Under the pieces are notes generated by a model. That model was not told where the DNA came from, ran no database searches, and worked only from the letters and a program-made list of their open reading frames with translations. Below, one piece after another: positions 19,896-34,471 of a DNA stretch of 64,000 nt. Positions within the stretch are counted from its first letter, which is position 1, and each line of letters opens with the position of its first letter. This DNA is from Burkholderiales bacterium. GTDB lineage: Bacteria; Pseudomonadota; Gammaproteobacteria; Burkholderiales; Burkholderiaceae_C. The stretch covers positions 9,781 through 73,780 of the forward strand of contig JAIXKN010000081.1 of the NCBI GenBank assembly GCA_026932425.1. The letters are read 5' to 3'. Both the position numbers and the translations under genes were made by a program.

Positions 19896-20912
19896 ATGAG
19901 CGAGCCCTTGCCGGAACCCGCCGGCCGCGACGCCGACAGCGGCGCAGCGCCGCAGGCGCCGCGCAGCGCCGGGGCCATGCTGCGCGCCGCGCGCGAGCGC
20001 GAAGGCCTGCACCTGGCCGTGCTCGCCGCGACGATCAAGGTTTCGCCCGCCAAGCTGCAGGCGCTCGAACAGGACCGCTACGACGAACTGCCCAACGCGA
20101 CTTTCGCGCGCGCGCTGGCGCAGTCCGTGTGTCGCTGCCTGAAGATCGATCCGCGGCCCGTGCTCGCCCTGTTGCCGCAGCCCGATGCGCCTCCGCTCGA
20201 GGCCGCGGTCGGCCGCATCAACGCGCCGTTCCACGAGCGCGGCGGGCGCGCCGAAGGCCAGGGCCTGGCGCGTGTCAGCAAACCGATGTTCTGGGCCGGC
20301 GGCTTGCTGCTGCTGGCGGCGATCGTCATCGCGCTCCTGCCGGGTTCGGTGCTCGAAGGACTGAGCCTGCGCCCGACGCCGCCGGCGTCGGGCCCGGCCT
20401 CGGACGCGGCGACCGATGCGACCGATGCGGCGGGTGCGACGGCCGCCGATGGCACGCTGCAAGCGCAGCCGCACAGCCCGCCGGAAATCGAGGCGCAGGA
20501 CCGGCCGCAGAACCGGCCGCAGGCCGCAGCGCCGGCGGTCGCGACGGCGGCGTCGGCGCTGCCGCCGGCCGAAGCCGCGAGCCCGGCGCCGGGCATGCCC
20601 GGGCTTGACGCCGCGACAGCGGCTGCGCCACCTGCGTCGGTGGCGCAGCCGCTCGCGGCGACGCCGCCGGCAGCCGAGGGTCTGCTGTCGCTGCGCGCCA
20701 GTGCCGACAGCTGGATCGAGGTCGTCGACGCGCAGGAACGCATCCTCTTCTCGCGCGTGCTGCGCGCCGGCGAAACGGCGCTGCTGGATGGGCGGCCGCC
20801 GCTGCACCTGCGCATCGGCAATGCCGCGGCGACGACGGTACTGCTGCGCGGTGAGCCGGTGGATCTCGCGCCGCACACGCGCGTCAACGTCGCGCGCCTC
20901 GAGCTGCGCTGA
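19896..20912 (+). CDS. rodZ: Cytoskeleton protein RodZ
   Basis: N-terminal HTH (GAMLRAARE...LE.DRYDELP), TM helix and C-terminal SWIEVVD...IGNA domain. Confidence 0.88.
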   Translation: MSEPLPEPAGRDADSGAAPQAPRSAGAMLRAAREREGLHLAVLAATIKVSPAKLQALEQDRYDELPNATFARALAQSVCRCLKIDPRPVLALLPQPDAPPLEAAVGRINAPFHERGGRAEGQGLARVSKPMFWAGGLLLLAAIVIALLPGSVLEGLSLRPTPPASGPASDAATDATDAAGATAADGTLQAQPHSPPEIEAQDRPQNRPQAAAPAVATAASALPPAEAASPAPGMPGLDAATAAAPPASVAQPLAATPPAAEGLLSLRASADSWIEVVDAQERILFSRVLRAGETALLDGRPPLHLRIGNAAATTVLLRGEPVDLAPHTRVNVARLELR

Positions 20913-20927
20913 CACCACGGCTTTCAG

Positions 20928-22217
20928 ATGAACGATCCGACCGAGCTCTACATCGCCAGCACCGCCCCGGCGCGACGGCCCACGCGCCAGGCGCGCGTGG
21001 CCTGGGGCCAGCGCGTCGTCACCCTCGGTGGCGACGCGCCGGTGCGCGTGCAGTCGATGACCAACACCGACACCGTCGACGTGATCGCGACCGCGATCCA
21101 GGTCCGGCAGCTCGCGCAGGCGGGCTCCGAGCTGGTGCGCATCACCGTCAACACGCCCGAGGCGGCGGCGGCGGTGCCTCATATCCGCGAGCGGCTGGAC
21201 CGGATGGGCGTGGATGTTCCGCTCATCGGTGACTTCCACTACAACGGGCACCGGCTGCTGAGCGAGTTCCCCGCCTGTGCCGAAGCGCTGTCCAAGTACC
21301 GCATCAATCCCGGCAACGTCGGCAAGGGCGAGAAGAAGGACAGGCAGTTCGCGCAGATGATCGAGGTCGCGACGCGCCTCTCCAAGTGCGTGCGCATCGG
21401 CGTCAACTGGGGCAGCCTGGACCAGGAGCTGCTGGCCGGGATGATGGATGCGAACGCGCGTCGCACCGAACCCTGGGACGCCAAGCAGGTGATGTACGCG
21501 GCGCTGGTGCAGTCGGCGATCGGGTCGGCGGAGTACGCGCGTGAGCTCGGGATGGACCCGGACCAGATCGTGATCAGCTGCAAGGTCAGCGGCGTGCAGG
21601 ACCTGGTGGCCGTCTACCGGGCCCTGGCCGAGCACTGCGACTACGCGCTGCACCTGGGCCTGACCGAAGCCGGAATGGGCACCAAGGGCACGGTGGCGTC
21701 TTCGGTCGCGCTGGCGCTGCTGCTGCAGGAGGGCATCGGCGACACCATCCGCGTGAGCCTGACGCCGCAGCCCGGCGAGCCGCGTACGCAGGAGGTCGTC
21801 GTCGCGCTCGAAGTCCTGCAGGCGCTCGGCCTGCGTGCCTTCAACCCGAGCGTCACCGCGTGCCCCGGCTGCGGCAGGACCACGAGCACCGTGTTCCAGG
21901 AGCTGGCCAAGCAGATCGACGATCACCTGCGCGAGATGATGCCGAGCTGGCGTGAGCGCTACCCCGGCGTCGAGCGGCTGAAGATCGCGGTGATGGGCTG
22001 CATCGTCAACGGTCCCGGCGAGAGCAAGCATGCCGACATCGGCATCAGCTTGCCGGGTACCGGTGAGGCGCCGGCGGCCCCGGTCTTCATCGATGGCCAG
22101 AAGGCGACGACGCTGCGCGGCGAGCACATCGCCGAGGAGTTCCACCGCCTCGTTGCCGACTACATCGAGCGCCGCTTCGGCGTCTCCCGATCGATCCCGA
22201 ACGATTCCCATGGCTGA
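20928..22217 (+). CDS. ispG: (E)-4-hydroxy-3-methylbut-2-enyl-diphosphate synthase
   Basis: [30 protein letters not shown] and [10 protein letters not shown]. Confidence 0.98.
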   Translation: MNDPTELYIASTAPARRPTRQARVAWGQRVVTLGGDAPVRVQSMTNTDTVDVIATAIQVRQLAQAGSELVRITVNTPEAAAAVPHIRERLDRMGVDVPLIGDFHYNGHRLLSEFPACAEALSKYRINPGNVGKGEKKDRQFAQMIEVATRLSKCVRIGVNWGSLDQELLAGMMDANARRTEPWDAKQVMYAALVQSAIGSAEYARELGMDPDQIVISCKVSGVQDLVAVYRALAEHCDYALHLGLTEAGMGTKGTVASSVALALLLQEGIGDTIRVSLTPQPGEPRTQEVVVALEVLQALGLRAFNPSVTACPGCGRTTSTVFQELAKQIDDHLREMMPSWRERYPGVERLKIAVMGCIVNGPGESKHADIGISLPGTGEAPAAPVFIDGQKATTLRGEHIAEEFHRLVADYIERRFGVSRSIPNDSHG

Positions 22218-23496
22218 ACCGATCCGGGCCGTCAAGGGCATGAACGACATCCTGCCGCCCGACTCCGGGCGCTGGGAGTGGTTCGAGGACAAGGTGCGCG
22301 CGCTGATGCGCCGCTACGGCTACCAGAACGTGCGCGTGCCGATCGTCGAACCGACGCCGCTCTTCGTGCGGGGGCTGGGCGAGGTTACCGACATCGTCGA
22401 GAAGGAGATGTACTCCTTCGTCGACAGCATGAACGGTGACCCGCTGACCCTGCGGCCCGAGGGCACGGCCGGCGTCGTGCGCGCGGCGATCGAGCACTCG
22501 ATGCTCTACGAGGGCGGCAAGCGGCTCTACTACATCGGCCCGATGTTCCGCCACGAGAAGCCGCAGCGCGGGCGCTACCGGCAGTTCCACCAGGTCGGGG
22601 TGGAGGCGCTCGGCCACGGGGGGCCCGACGTCGACGCCGAGGTGATCCTGATGGCGCGCGCGCTCTGGCGCGACCTGGGCCTGGCGGACGTGCAGCTCGA
22701 GCTCAACAGCCTGGGCCAGAGCCACGAGCGCCAGGCGCACCGGCAGGCGCTGATCGCCTACCTGCAGGCGCACGAGGGCGAGCTCGACGCCGACTCGCGG
22801 CGGCGCCTGCACAGCAACCCGCTGCGCATCCTCGACACCAAGAATCCGGCGCTGCAGGCGCTGGTCGAGGCTGCGCCGCGGCTGATGGATTTCCTCGGCG
22901 AAGCGTCGCTCGCGCATTTCGACGCGGTGCGCGCGGCGCTCGACGCGGTCGGCCAGCCCTACCGCATCAACCCGCGCCTGGTGCGCGGCATGGACTACTA
23001 CAACCTCACCGTCTTCGAGTGGACGACGACGCAGCTCGGCGCGCAGGGCACGATCTGCGGCGGCGGGCGCTACGACGGCCTGTTCGAGCTGCTGGGTGGC
23101 AAGCCCGCACCGGCGGTGGGCTGGGGCATGGGCATCGAGCGCGTGCTCGACCTGGTGCAGCAGCAAGGTCTGGTGCCGCCGCCCGTGCCGCCGTCGGTCT
23201 ACGCGGTGATCCCGGATGCCGCCGCGCTGCCGCGTGCGGTGGCCTGCGTCGAGGCCTTGCGCGCGGCCGGCGTCGACGTGCTGATGCACGCCGGCGGCAA
23301 GGAGGGTCCGGGCAGCATGAAGGCGCAGTTCAAGCGTGCCGACGCCAGCGGCGCACGCTACGCGCTCGTCTTCGGCGCCGACGAGCTCGCCGTCGGCGAG
23401 GTCGCGGTGAAGCCGCTGCGCGACGCCGCCGCGGCGCAGGTGCGCCGGCCCCTGGGGGCCGAGGCGAGCTGGGCCGCCGAGCTGCAGCACCCATAA
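22210..23496 (+). CDS. hisS: Histidine--tRNA ligase
   Basis: [36 protein letters not shown] and GGGRYDGL. Confidence 0.98.
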   Translation: MAEPIRAVKGMNDILPPDSGRWEWFEDKVRALMRRYGYQNVRVPIVEPTPLFVRGLGEVTDIVEKEMYSFVDSMNGDPLTLRPEGTAGVVRAAIEHSMLYEGGKRLYYIGPMFRHEKPQRGRYRQFHQVGVEALGHGGPDVDAEVILMARALWRDLGLADVQLELNSLGQSHERQAHRQALIAYLQAHEGELDADSRRRLHSNPLRILDTKNPALQALVEAAPRLMDFLGEASLAHFDAVRAALDAVGQPYRINPRLVRGMDYYNLTVFEWTTTQLGAQGTICGGGRYDGLFELLGGKPAPAVGWGMGIERVLDLVQQQGLVPPPVPPSVYAVIPDAAALPRAVACVEALRAAGVDVLMHAGGKEGPGSMKAQFKRADASGARYALVFGADELAVGEVAVKPLRDAAAAQVRRPLGAEASWAAELQHP

Positions 23497-23531
23497 TCCG
23501 ACGCTTTGTCCTGCCGCGCCCCGGAGCACGA

Positions 23532-24218
23532 ATGGCCACCTCCCTCGACCTGCAGGAGCAGGAACAGATCGACGCCCTGAAGGCGTTCTGGAAGCAGTAC
23601 GGCAACCTGATCACCTGGGTACTCATCCTCGCGCTCGGTGCCTTCGCGGCCTGGAACGGCTGGAACTGGTGGCAGCGCGAGCAGGCCGCCAAGGCCGGTG
23701 CAATGTACGAGGAGCTGGACCGAGCGGTGCTCGCCGGCGACGCGCAGAAGGTCGCGCGCGTCTTCGCCGACCTGAAGGAGCGCTATCCAGGCACCGCGTT
23801 CGCCTGGCAGGGGGCGCTGACCGCCGCGAGACTGCAGCTCGAGAAGGGCGACGTCGACGGCGCCCGTACGGCTCTGGCCTGGGTCGCGGAGCATGCCGGC
23901 GACGAGGAGTCCAGGACGCTCGGACGGCTGCGGCTGGCCGCCGTACTGCTGCAGGCGCGGCAGTACGACCAGGCGCTGGCCGAACTCGATCAGGCCAAGG
24001 CGCCGAGCTTCGAGGCGCTGGTCGCCGACCGTCGCGGCGACGTGCTGCAGGCCGCGGGTAAGCGCGAGGAAGCCCGCGCCGCCTACGAGCGCGCCTATGC
24101 GGCGATGGACGACAAGCTCGATTACCGCAAGCTCGTCGAGGCCAAGCTGATCTCGCTGGGCGGCAACCCGAGCGGCGGCGCGGTCGCAGCAGCCGCGGCT
24201 GCGGCAGCGAGCCGGTGA
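23532..24218 (+). CDS. yfgM: YfgM family TPR membrane chaperone (ancillary SecYEG subunit)
   Basis: DLQEQEQIDALKAFWKQYG, TM helix and TPR; lies between hisS and bamB. Confidence 0.9.
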   Translation: MATSLDLQEQEQIDALKAFWKQYGNLITWVLILALGAFAAWNGWNWWQREQAAKAGAMYEELDRAVLAGDAQKVARVFADLKERYPGTAFAWQGALTAARLQLEKGDVDGARTALAWVAEHAGDEESRTLGRLRLAAVLLQARQYDQALAELDQAKAPSFEALVADRRGDVLQAAGKREEARAAYERAYAAMDDKLDYRKLVEAKLISLGGNPSGGAVAAAAAAAASR

Positions 24219-25360
24219 TGGGCGTGCGCCTGCGTCGGACCGCAAGGACGGTCGCTCTGACCGGGGCGCTGGCCGTGATGCTGGGGGGACTGCTGGGCGG
24301 GTGCTCGGCCGACAAGCCCAAGCCGGCGCCGCTGCAGAGCTACACGCAGACGCTGTCGATGCGCACGCTCTGGTCCGCGCAGCTCGGCAGCGTCGATTTC
24401 CCGCTGGCGCTGGTTGCGCGCAACGGGCAGCTGCTCGCGGCCTCGTCGGGCGGCAGCATCGCCGCCTTTGATGCGCAGAGCGGCGCCCAGGCCTGGCGCG
24501 CCGAGGTCGGCGCGCCGCTGGTCGCCGGCGTCGGCAGCGACGGCCGCTTCGCGGCGGCGGTGACGCGCAACAACGAGGTTCTCGCGGTCGAGAACGGGCG
24601 CGTGCTGTGGAAGCAAAGGATCCCCGCGGCGGTGGTCACTGCGCCGCTGGTGGCCGGAGAGCGTGTGTTCGTGCTCGCGGTCGATCGCAGCGTGCACGCC
24701 TTCGATGCACTGGACGGCCGCCGGCTGTGGAGCTTCCAGCGGCCGGGCGACGCGCTCACGCTCGCGCAGCCGGGCGTGCTGATGCCGGCGCACAACCAGA
24801 TCGTCGTCGGGCAGGGCGGTCGCATGCTGGCGCTCGACGCGCTGCGCGGCACCGTCAACTGGGACGTCGCGGTCGGCACGCCGCGCGGAACGAACGAAGT
24901 CGAGCGCCTGGCCGATCTCGTAGGCCCCGCCGCCCGCGAAGGCGACCGCGCCTGCGTGCGCTCGTTCCAGAACGCCGTCGGCTGCGTTGACCTGGCCCGC
25001 GGAACGCTGCTGTGGACGCGCACGAGCGGCGGCACGATGGCGGTGGCGCAGGACGCCGGTCAGGTCTACGGCGCCGACGCCAGCGACCGCGTGACAGCCT
25101 GGAAGGCCGACAGCGGTGAACTGGCCTGGACCAACGAGACGCTCGTCAACCGCGGCCTGAGTGGTGCGGCCGTGCTCGGATCCTCGGTGGTCTTCGGCGA
25201 CGGCGAGGGCCTGCTGCACTTCCTCTCGGCGACCGACGGCAGCCTGCAGCTGCGCCTGTCCACCGACGGCAAGGCGGTGGTCGGCACGCCCTTGCGCGTC
25301 GGCGACACGCTCTACGTCGTCACGCGCGGCGGCGGCTTGTTCGCCTTCGGAGCGCGCTGA
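24218..25360 (+). CDS. bamB: Outer membrane protein assembly factor BamB
   Basis: Lipobox LGGC, PQQ-like beta-propeller repeats and [12 protein letters not shown]. Confidence 0.93.
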   Translation: MGVRLRRTARTVALTGALAVMLGGLLGGCSADKPKPAPLQSYTQTLSMRTLWSAQLGSVDFPLALVARNGQLLAASSGGSIAAFDAQSGAQAWRAEVGAPLVAGVGSDGRFAAAVTRNNEVLAVENGRVLWKQRIPAAVVTAPLVAGERVFVLAVDRSVHAFDALDGRRLWSFQRPGDALTLAQPGVLMPAHNQIVVGQGGRMLALDALRGTVNWDVAVGTPRGTNEVERLADLVGPAAREGDRACVRSFQNAVGCVDLARGTLLWTRTSGGTMAVAQDAGQVYGADASDRVTAWKADSGELAWTNETLVNRGLSGAAVLGSSVVFGDGEGLLHFLSATDGSLQLRLSTDGKAVVGTPLRVGDTLYVVTRGGGLFAFGAR

Positions 25361-25373
25361 ACGCGCCGGGGCG

Positions 25374-26780
25374 ATGAAGCCCGTCGTCGCGCTCGTCGGC
25401 CGCGCCAACGTCGGCAAGTCGACGCTCTTCAACCGCATCACGCAATCGCGCGACGCGATCGTCGCCGACTTCCCGGGCCTGACGCGCGACCGCCACTACG
25501 GCGATGCGCGCCTGGGCACGCGCGAGTTCATCGTCGTCGACACCGGCGGCTTCGAGCCCGAGAAGCCCAGCGGCGTCGTCGCCGAAATGGCGCGGCAGAC
25601 GCGCCAGGCGGTGGCCGAGGCCGATGTCGTCATCTTCGTCACCGACCTGCGCGCCGGGCTCTCGGGGCAGGACCACGACATCGCCCGCTTCCTGCGCAGC
25701 AGCGGCAAGAAGGTCGTGCTCGCGGTCAACAAGGCCGAGGGCATGGCCGATTCGCCGCGCATGGCCGAGTTCCACGAGCTGGGCATCGGTGCGCCGCACG
25801 CGGTCTCCGCAGCGCACGGGCAGGGCGTTCGCAGCCTGCTCGAGGCGGCGCTCGCCGACCTGGTCTTCGAGCACGACGAGGCCGAACCGGAAGCGGCCGG
25901 GGCAGGCGCAGGACCTGGCGACGATGAAGCGGCGCAGGTGGCGCAGACGGCCCGGATGGCGCAGCCGGCCGTCGATGGCGTCATCCGGCTCGCGGTCGCC
26001 GGGCGTCCCAACGTGGGCAAGTCCACGCTGATCAACGCCTGGCTCGGCGAGGAGCGGCTCGTCGCCTTCGACCAGCCGGGAACGACGCGCGACGCGATCC
26101 GCGTGCCCTTCGAGCGCGGCGGGCGACGCTACGAGCTCATCGACACCGCCGGCCTGCGGCGCAAGGGCAAGGTGTTCGAGGCGGTGGAGAAGTTCTCGGT
26201 CGTGAAGACGCTGCAGGCGATCGCCGAGGCGCATGTGGTCGTGCTGCTGATCGACGCGACCGAAGGCGTGAGCGAGCAGGATGCGCACATCGCCGGCTAC
26301 ATCCTCGATTCCGGACGCGCGGTGGTCGTCGCGCTGAACAAATGGGACGCCACCGACGCCTACCAGCGCCAGATGCTCGAACGCTCGGTGCAGACGCGCC
26401 TGGCCTTCCTGAAGTTCGCCGCGGTGGTGCCGATCTCGGCCGCGCGGCGGCAGGGGCTGTCGGCACTGTGGAAGGCGATCGCCCAGGCGCACGCTTCGGC
26501 GACGATGAGGCTGCCCACGCCGGTGCTCACGCGGCTGCTGCACGAAGCCGTGCAGCACCAGCAGCCGCGCCGCGCCGGGCGCTTCCGGCCCAAGCTGCGC
26601 TATGCGCATCAGGGCGGGACGAATCCGCCGCGCGTCGTCGTCCACGGCAACAGCCTGGAGCATGTCACCGAGGCCTACAAGCGCTATCTGGAGGGGCGCA
26701 TCCGCGCGCATTTCGGGCTCGTCGGCACGCCGCTGCGCATCGAGATGCGCAGCGGCACCAATCCCTACGACGAGCGTTGA
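25374..26780 (+). CDS. der: Ribosome biogenesis GTPase Der (EngA)
   Basis: Two G domains ([18 protein letters not shown]), DTGG, DTAGLRR and C-terminal KH-like domain. Confidence 0.97.
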   Translation: MKPVVALVGRANVGKSTLFNRITQSRDAIVADFPGLTRDRHYGDARLGTREFIVVDTGGFEPEKPSGVVAEMARQTRQAVAEADVVIFVTDLRAGLSGQDHDIARFLRSSGKKVVLAVNKAEGMADSPRMAEFHELGIGAPHAVSAAHGQGVRSLLEAALADLVFEHDEAEPEAAGAGAGPGDDEAAQVAQTARMAQPAVDGVIRLAVAGRPNVGKSTLINAWLGEERLVAFDQPGTTRDAIRVPFERGGRRYELIDTAGLRRKGKVFEAVEKFSVVKTLQAIAEAHVVVLLIDATEGVSEQDAHIAGYILDSGRAVVVALNKWDATDAYQRQMLERSVQTRLAFLKFAAVVPISAARRQGLSALWKAIAQAHASATMRLPTPVLTRLLHEAVQHQQPRRAGRFRPKLRYAHQGGTNPPRVVVHGNSLEHVTEAYKRYLEGRIRAHFGLVGTPLRIEMRSGTNPYDER

Positions 26781-26914
26781 AACCTCGTCGTCGGGCCTGT
26801 GATCCAAGGCTTACGCAAGCTCGCGGTCTGCACGGCCTTGGCGTATGGCGACGCCTGCCTTTCGGTGTGCTGTGTTAACGTGAGCGGTCTTACAAAGCCA
26901 TCACGGAGCATATC

Positions 26915-27157
26915 GTGAGCAACAAAGGCCAACTCCTGCAAGATCCCTTCCTGAACCTGCTGCGCAAGGAGCACGTTCCGGTCTCGATCTACCTCATCAA
27001 CGGCATCAAGCTGCAAGGCCACATCGAGTCCTTCGACCAGTATGTGGTCCTGCTGCGCAATACCGTGACGCAGATGGTCTACAAGCATGCGATCTCCACG
27101 GTCGTGCCGGGCCGGGCCGTCAACTTCCACCCGCACGAGCCTGCCGACGCCAGCTGA
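26915..27157 (+). CDS. hfq: RNA chaperone Hfq
   Basis: [22 protein letters not shown] and [10 protein letters not shown]; SD GGAG; GTG start. Confidence 0.98.
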   Translation: MSNKGQLLQDPFLNLLRKEHVPVSIYLINGIKLQGHIESFDQYVVLLRNTVTQMVYKHAISTVVPGRAVNFHPHEPADAS

Positions 27158-27223
27158 GCGCCGCCCCGAACGGCCGGCGCCCCGGACCGCGAGGGATGCC
27201 ACCTCGTCCCCAGCGAAGACACC

Positions 27224-28498
27224 TTGACCGAGACAGCGACCTCGAAGACGAGCTCCAGCACCGACGAAACCGCGCCGCACGCCGTCCTGGTGGGCGTGGA
27301 CCTCGGCGGCAGCGTGCCCTTCGACGAGACGCTCGACGAGCTGGCACAGCTCGCCGAATCCGCCGGCGATGTCGTCGTCGGCCGCGTGCTGGCACGCCGC
27401 CCGGCACCCGATCCGGCGCTCTTCGTCGGCCGCGGCAAGGCCGACGAGATCAAGGCGCTGGTCGCCGCGACCTCGGCGCACGGCGTGATCTTCGACCAGG
27501 CGCTGAGCCCCGCGCAGCAGCGCAACCTCGAACGCTACCTGGGCGTGCCGGTGGCCGACCGCACGGCGCTGATCCTGGACATCTTCGCGCAGCGCGCGCA
27601 GAGCCACGAGGGCAAGCTGCAGGTGGAGCTCGCGCAGCTGCAATACCAGGCGACACGGCTGGTGCGCCGCTGGTCGCACCTGGAGCGCCAGCGCGGGGGC
27701 ATCGGCACGCGCGGCGGTCCGGGCGAGGCGCAGATCGAGCTCGACCGGCGCATGATCGGCAACCGCATCCGCTCGCTCAAGGAGCGGCTGGAGCGCGTCA
27801 AGCGCCAGCGCGGCACGCAGCGCCGTGCGCGTGAGCGTCGCGGTGTCTTCCGCGTTTCCCTCGTCGGTTACACCAACGCGGGCAAGACCACGCTCTTCAA
27901 CGCGCTGGTCAAGGCGCGTGCCTACGCCGCCGACCAGCTCTTTGCGACGCTGGACACGACGACGCGCTCGCTGTGGCTGCAGGACGCGGGCTGCAGCGTG
28001 TCGCTGTCGGACACGGTCGGCTTCATCCGCGACCTGCCGCACAAGCTCGTCGAGGCCTTCGAGGCGACGTTGCAGGAGGCCGCGCAGGCCGACCTGCTGC
28101 TGCACGTGATGGACGTCTCGAGCCCCGAGATGCTCGAGCAGCGGATCGAGGTCGAGCGCGTGCTCGACGAGATCGGCGCGGGACAGATCCCGCAGGTATG
28201 GGTCTGCAACAAGTGCGACCTGCTCGCCGAGGGGCAACGCCCGCGGGTCGCCGCCGACTGGGTCGAGGTGCGGCCCGGCGTGCGCCGCCCGCGCGTGTTC
28301 GTCAGCGCACGCGAGGGCGTGGGCCTGGACGCCTTGCGCCGCGTCGTCGCTGCGGCCGCGACCGGCGGCTTGAATCCGGATGCGGGCACCCCACCTGATA
28401 CGCTTGTCCGTTTGCCTGCAGACACCGCTGCCGCCGACCCCGCAGCGAGGACGATTGGCGACGTAGACGACAATCCGCCCGTCCCTGCCACGCGCTGA
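27224..28498 (+). CDS. hflX: Ribosome rescue GTPase HflX
   Basis: LSPAQQRNLE, GPGEAQIELDRR, GYTNAGKTTL and DTVGFI. Confidence 0.96.
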   Translation: MTETATSKTSSSTDETAPHAVLVGVDLGGSVPFDETLDELAQLAESAGDVVVGRVLARRPAPDPALFVGRGKADEIKALVAATSAHGVIFDQALSPAQQRNLERYLGVPVADRTALILDIFAQRAQSHEGKLQVELAQLQYQATRLVRRWSHLERQRGGIGTRGGPGEAQIELDRRMIGNRIRSLKERLERVKRQRGTQRRARERRGVFRVSLVGYTNAGKTTLFNALVKARAYAADQLFATLDTTTRSLWLQDAGCSVSLSDTVGFIRDLPHKLVEAFEATLQEAAQADLLLHVMDVSSPEMLEQRIEVERVLDEIGAGQIPQVWVCNKCDLLAEGQRPRVAADWVEVRPGVRRPRVFVSAREGVGLDALRRVVAAAATGGLNPDAGTPPDTLVRLPADTAAADPAARTIGDVDDNPPVPATR

Positions 28499-28548
28499 CC
28501 CCTGTGCCTCAAGCCGTCGGACTGCCGGTCCGGACGGGATCGAACACC

Positions 28549-29859
28549 ATGCCAAATCCAGACGTCTCCCCGACCACGAGCATGCGCCAGCGCCCAGGGC
28601 GCCTGGCCGGGGTCGCCGCCGTGCTGACGCGAAGCCTCTGGCGGCCGCTGCGTGGAAGACGCGCAGCGGACACGCTGGTCCACAGCAACGGTCGCAACGA
28701 GGGCCCGCCCGACCTCGATGAACTCTGGCGCGACTTCAACCGCAAGCTCAGCGGCCTCTTCGGTGGCCGCGGCGGCGGCAACCAGCCGCCGGGGCGTGGC
28801 GAAGGCGGGCCGCCCTCGTTCCAGCCCGACTTCAAGAGCGCCGGCATCGGCATCGCGCTGATCGGGGCCGTGGTCGTGCTCGGTTGGCTCGGCAGCGGCT
28901 TCTTCATCGTCCAGGAAGGCCAGCAGGCCGTGGTCACGGCCTTCGGCAAGTTCAGCCACACGGTGGATGCCGGCTTCCAGTGGCGGCTACCCTACCCGTT
29001 CCAGGCGCACGAGACGGTGTCGGTGACGCAGCTGCGCACGATCGAGGTCGGCCGCAACGCGGTCGTGCAGGCCACGGGCCTGCGCGATTCGTCGATGCTC
29101 ACGCAGGACGAGAACATCGTCGACATCCGGTTCACGGTGCAGTACCGGCTCAGCGACGCACGCGAGTACCTGTTCGAGAACCGCAACCCGGACGATGCGG
29201 TGCTGCAGGCGGCGGAGTCGGCGGTGCGCGAGATCGTCGGCCGCAGCAAGGTCGACTCGGTGCTCTACGAGGCGCGCGACGCGATCGCTGCCGACCTCGT
29301 GAAGTCGATCCAGTCGCAGCTCGACCGGCTCAGGGCGGGGATCATCATTTCCAACGTCAACGTCCAGAACGTGCAGGTGCCCGACCAGGTGCAGGCGGCG
29401 TTCAACGACGCCGTCAAGGCCGGCGCCGACCGCGACCGCTTCAAGAACGAAGGCCAGGCCTACGCCAGCGACCTCGTGCCCAAGGCGCGCGGCACCGCCT
29501 CGCGCCTGCTCGAGGAGGCCGAGGGCTACCGCTCGCGCGTGGTCGCGCAGGCCGAGGGTGATGCGCAGCGCTTCCGTGCGGTGCTGGCCGAGTACCAGCG
29601 CGCCCCGGTGGTCACGCGCGACCGTCTCTACCTCGAGACCATGCAGCAGGTCTATTCCAACGTCACCAAGCTGATGATCGACAGCCGCGCCGGCTCCAAC
29701 CTGCTGTACCTGCCGCTGGATCGGCTGCTGCAGGGGGTGGCGGGCACGAGTCTGCCGGCCGCAGCGCCAGCGGCGCCGGCCGAGCCGCCGGCGCTCATCA
29801 CCCCGAGCGACGCGCGCTCGCGCGACAACGCGCGCAGCCGCGAGCGCGAAGGCCGCTGA
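28549..29859 (+). CDS. hflK: FtsH modulator HflK
   Basis: GPPDLDELWRDF, TM helix, SPFH domain MLTQDENIV and RDRLYLETMQ; start uncertain. Confidence 0.95.
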   Translation: MPNPDVSPTTSMRQRPGRLAGVAAVLTRSLWRPLRGRRAADTLVHSNGRNEGPPDLDELWRDFNRKLSGLFGGRGGGNQPPGRGEGGPPSFQPDFKSAGIGIALIGAVVVLGWLGSGFFIVQEGQQAVVTAFGKFSHTVDAGFQWRLPYPFQAHETVSVTQLRTIEVGRNAVVQATGLRDSSMLTQDENIVDIRFTVQYRLSDAREYLFENRNPDDAVLQAAESAVREIVGRSKVDSVLYEARDAIAADLVKSIQSQLDRLRAGIIISNVNVQNVQVPDQVQAAFNDAVKAGADRDRFKNEGQAYASDLVPKARGTASRLLEEAEGYRSRVVAQAEGDAQRFRAVLAEYQRAPVVTRDRLYLETMQQVYSNVTKLMIDSRAGSNLLYLPLDRLLQGVAGTSLPAAAPAAPAEPPALITPSDARSRDNARSREREGR

Positions 29860-29875
29860 ACGCATTCCGCACGTC

Positions 29876-30760
29876 ATGAACCGCATCGGACTCCTCGTCG
29901 GCGCCGTCCTGGTCGCCCTCATGCTGGCCTCGTCGACGCTCTTCATCGTCGACCAGCGTCAGCTCGCCGTCGTCTACGCGCTGGGCGAGATCAAGGAAGT
30001 GATCACCGTGCCGGGGCTCAAGGTGAAGCTGCCGCCGCCCTTCCAGAACGTCGTCTTCCTCGACAAGCGCATCCAGACCCTGGACAGCCCGGAGACGCGC
30101 CCGATCTTCACGGCGGAGAAGAAGAGCCTGGTGATCGACTGGATGATCAAGTGGCGCATCGCCGAGCCGCGCCAGTTCATCCGCAACAACGGCACCGACA
30201 TGCGCAACCTCGAGAGCCGCCTGAGCCCCGTCGTGCAGGCCGCGTTCAACGAGGAGATCACCAAGCGCGACGTCCGCGGCGTGCTCTCGGGCGAGCGCGA
30301 CAAGATCATGCGGGACGTGCGCAACCGCCTGTCCGAGGAGGCCAAGGCCTTCGGCATCGAGATCATCGATGCGCGCATCAAGCGCGTCGACTTCGTCGCC
30401 GACATCACCGATTCGGTCTATCGGCGCATGGAGTCCGAGCGCAAGAAGGTGGCCAACGAGCTGCGCTCCGAGGGCGCGGCGGAGGCGGAGAAGATCCGTG
30501 CCGACGCCGACCGCCAGCGCGAGGTCATCATCGCCGAAGCCTACCGCGACGCGCAGAAGATCAAGGGCGAGGGTGACGCCAAGGCCTCGGCGCTTTACGC
30601 CGACGCCTTCGGCCGCGACCCGCAGTTCGCCCAGTTCTATCGCAGCCTCGAGGCCTACCGCGCCACCTTCCGCAACAAGTCGGACGTGATGGTGCTCGAG
30701 CCGGGCAACGAGTTCTTCAAGATCATGCGCGGCAACGCCGAGAGCGCGCCGCGCCGTTGA
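29876..30760 (+). CDS. hflC: FtsH modulator HflC
   Basis: TM plus SPFH domain, VYRRMESER and FYRSLEAY. Confidence 0.96.
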   Translation: MNRIGLLVGAVLVALMLASSTLFIVDQRQLAVVYALGEIKEVITVPGLKVKLPPPFQNVVFLDKRIQTLDSPETRPIFTAEKKSLVIDWMIKWRIAEPRQFIRNNGTDMRNLESRLSPVVQAAFNEEITKRDVRGVLSGERDKIMRDVRNRLSEEAKAFGIEIIDARIKRVDFVADITDSVYRRMESERKKVANELRSEGAAEAEKIRADADRQREVIIAEAYRDAQKIKGEGDAKASALYADAFGRDPQFAQFYRSLEAYRATFRNKSDVMVLEPGNEFFKIMRGNAESAPRR

Positions 30761-30782
30761 TCGCGTCTGCGCTGGCCCTGCG

Positions 30783-30968
30783 ATGTGGGACGGGTTGCTG
30801 GGCGCGCTGGCGCTGATGCTGGTGATCGAGGGCTTGCTGCCCTTCTTCAGCCCGGGCAGCTGGCGCCAGATGTTCGAGCGCGTGCTGCGCATGAGCGATG
30901 GCCAGATCCGCTTCATCGGCCTGGCCAGCATGCTGCTCGGGCTGGTGCTGCTCTCGATCTGGCACTGA
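30783..30968 (+). CDS. DUF2065 (YjeT-like) small membrane protein
   Basis: ALMLVIEGLLPF..P..WR...DGQIRFIGL. Confidence 0.9.
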   Translation: MWDGLLGALALMLVIEGLLPFFSPGSWRQMFERVLRMSDGQIRFIGLASMLLGLVLLSIWH

Positions 30969-31033
30969 GCGTCGGCGCCGGCGCTCGGCGCGGGCGCCGA
31001 TAGAATGCCGTTTTCAACCGCGGTGCGCTTTTC

Positions 31034-33597
<2,564 letters not shown>

Positions 33598-33650
33598 ACG
33601 CCGGCGCTTCGACACCGGCACCGCGCATCGCAACCTCGCGAGGAGACCTC

Positions 33651-34172
33651 ATGCTCACCGACGACGGCAAGCATCTCTACGTGTCCTGGGACGAATACCA
33701 CCTCCTGATCGAGCGGCTGGCGCTGAAGGTGCACAGCTCGAACTGGGAGTTCGACCAGATCCTGTGCCTGGCGCGCGGCGGGATGCGGCCCGGGGACGTG
33801 CTCTCGCGCGTCTTCGACAAGCCGCTGGCGATCATGGCGACCAGCTCCTACCGCTCGGAGGCGGGAACGATCCAGGGGCGGCTCGACCTGGCCAAGTACA
33901 TCACGATGCCCAAGGGCGAGCTCGCCGGGCGCGTGCTGCTGGTCGACGACCTGGCCGACACCGGCGTGACGCTGCGAGCGGTGGTCGAGCGCCTGCGCGG
34001 CATGCCGGCGATCAAGGAGCTGCGCTGCGCGGTGCTGTGGGTGAAGGCGGTGTCGAGCTACACGCCCGACTACTATTGCGAACTGCTGCCGACCAGTCCG
34101 TGGATCCACCAGCCCTTCGAGGAATACGACAACCTGCGGCCCGAGGGGCTCGAGCGCAAGTTCCGCGTCTGA
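33651..34172 (+). CDS. Purine phosphoribosyltransferase family protein (Gpt/Hpt-like)
   Basis: LARGG and PRPP-binding motif VLLVDDLADTGVT; SD AGGAG. Confidence 0.9.
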   Translation: MLTDDGKHLYVSWDEYHLLIERLALKVHSSNWEFDQILCLARGGMRPGDVLSRVFDKPLAIMATSSYRSEAGTIQGRLDLAKYITMPKGELAGRVLLVDDLADTGVTLRAVVERLRGMPAIKELRCAVLWVKAVSSYTPDYYCELLPTSPWIHQPFEEYDNLRPEGLERKFRV

Positions 34173-34330
34173 GGCGCCCGCGCGCGCGAGCCATGGGGGC
34201 ACCGTGATGCGCTGCGCGTGCGGCGCCGGTCAGCGCGGGACCTGCGCCGCGGCACGATCGGCGAGCTGCGGACCGGCCGCAAGCCAGGCGGGCGCAGTCG
34301 TGAAGGGCGCGTCGGGGAAGGCAGGCCGAC

Positions 34331-34363
34331 AAAGAAAAAGGCCAGCAACATCGTGCTGGCCTT
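34331..34363 (-). terminator. Intrinsic terminator of tRNA-Leu
   Basis: AAGGCCAGCA/TGCTGGCCTT stem running into a U-rich tract on the - strand. Confidence 0.8.
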
Positions 34364-34371
34364 GCCGGATC

Positions 34372-34456
<85 letters not shown>

Positions 34457-34471
34457 TTTCAGGAACAAAGG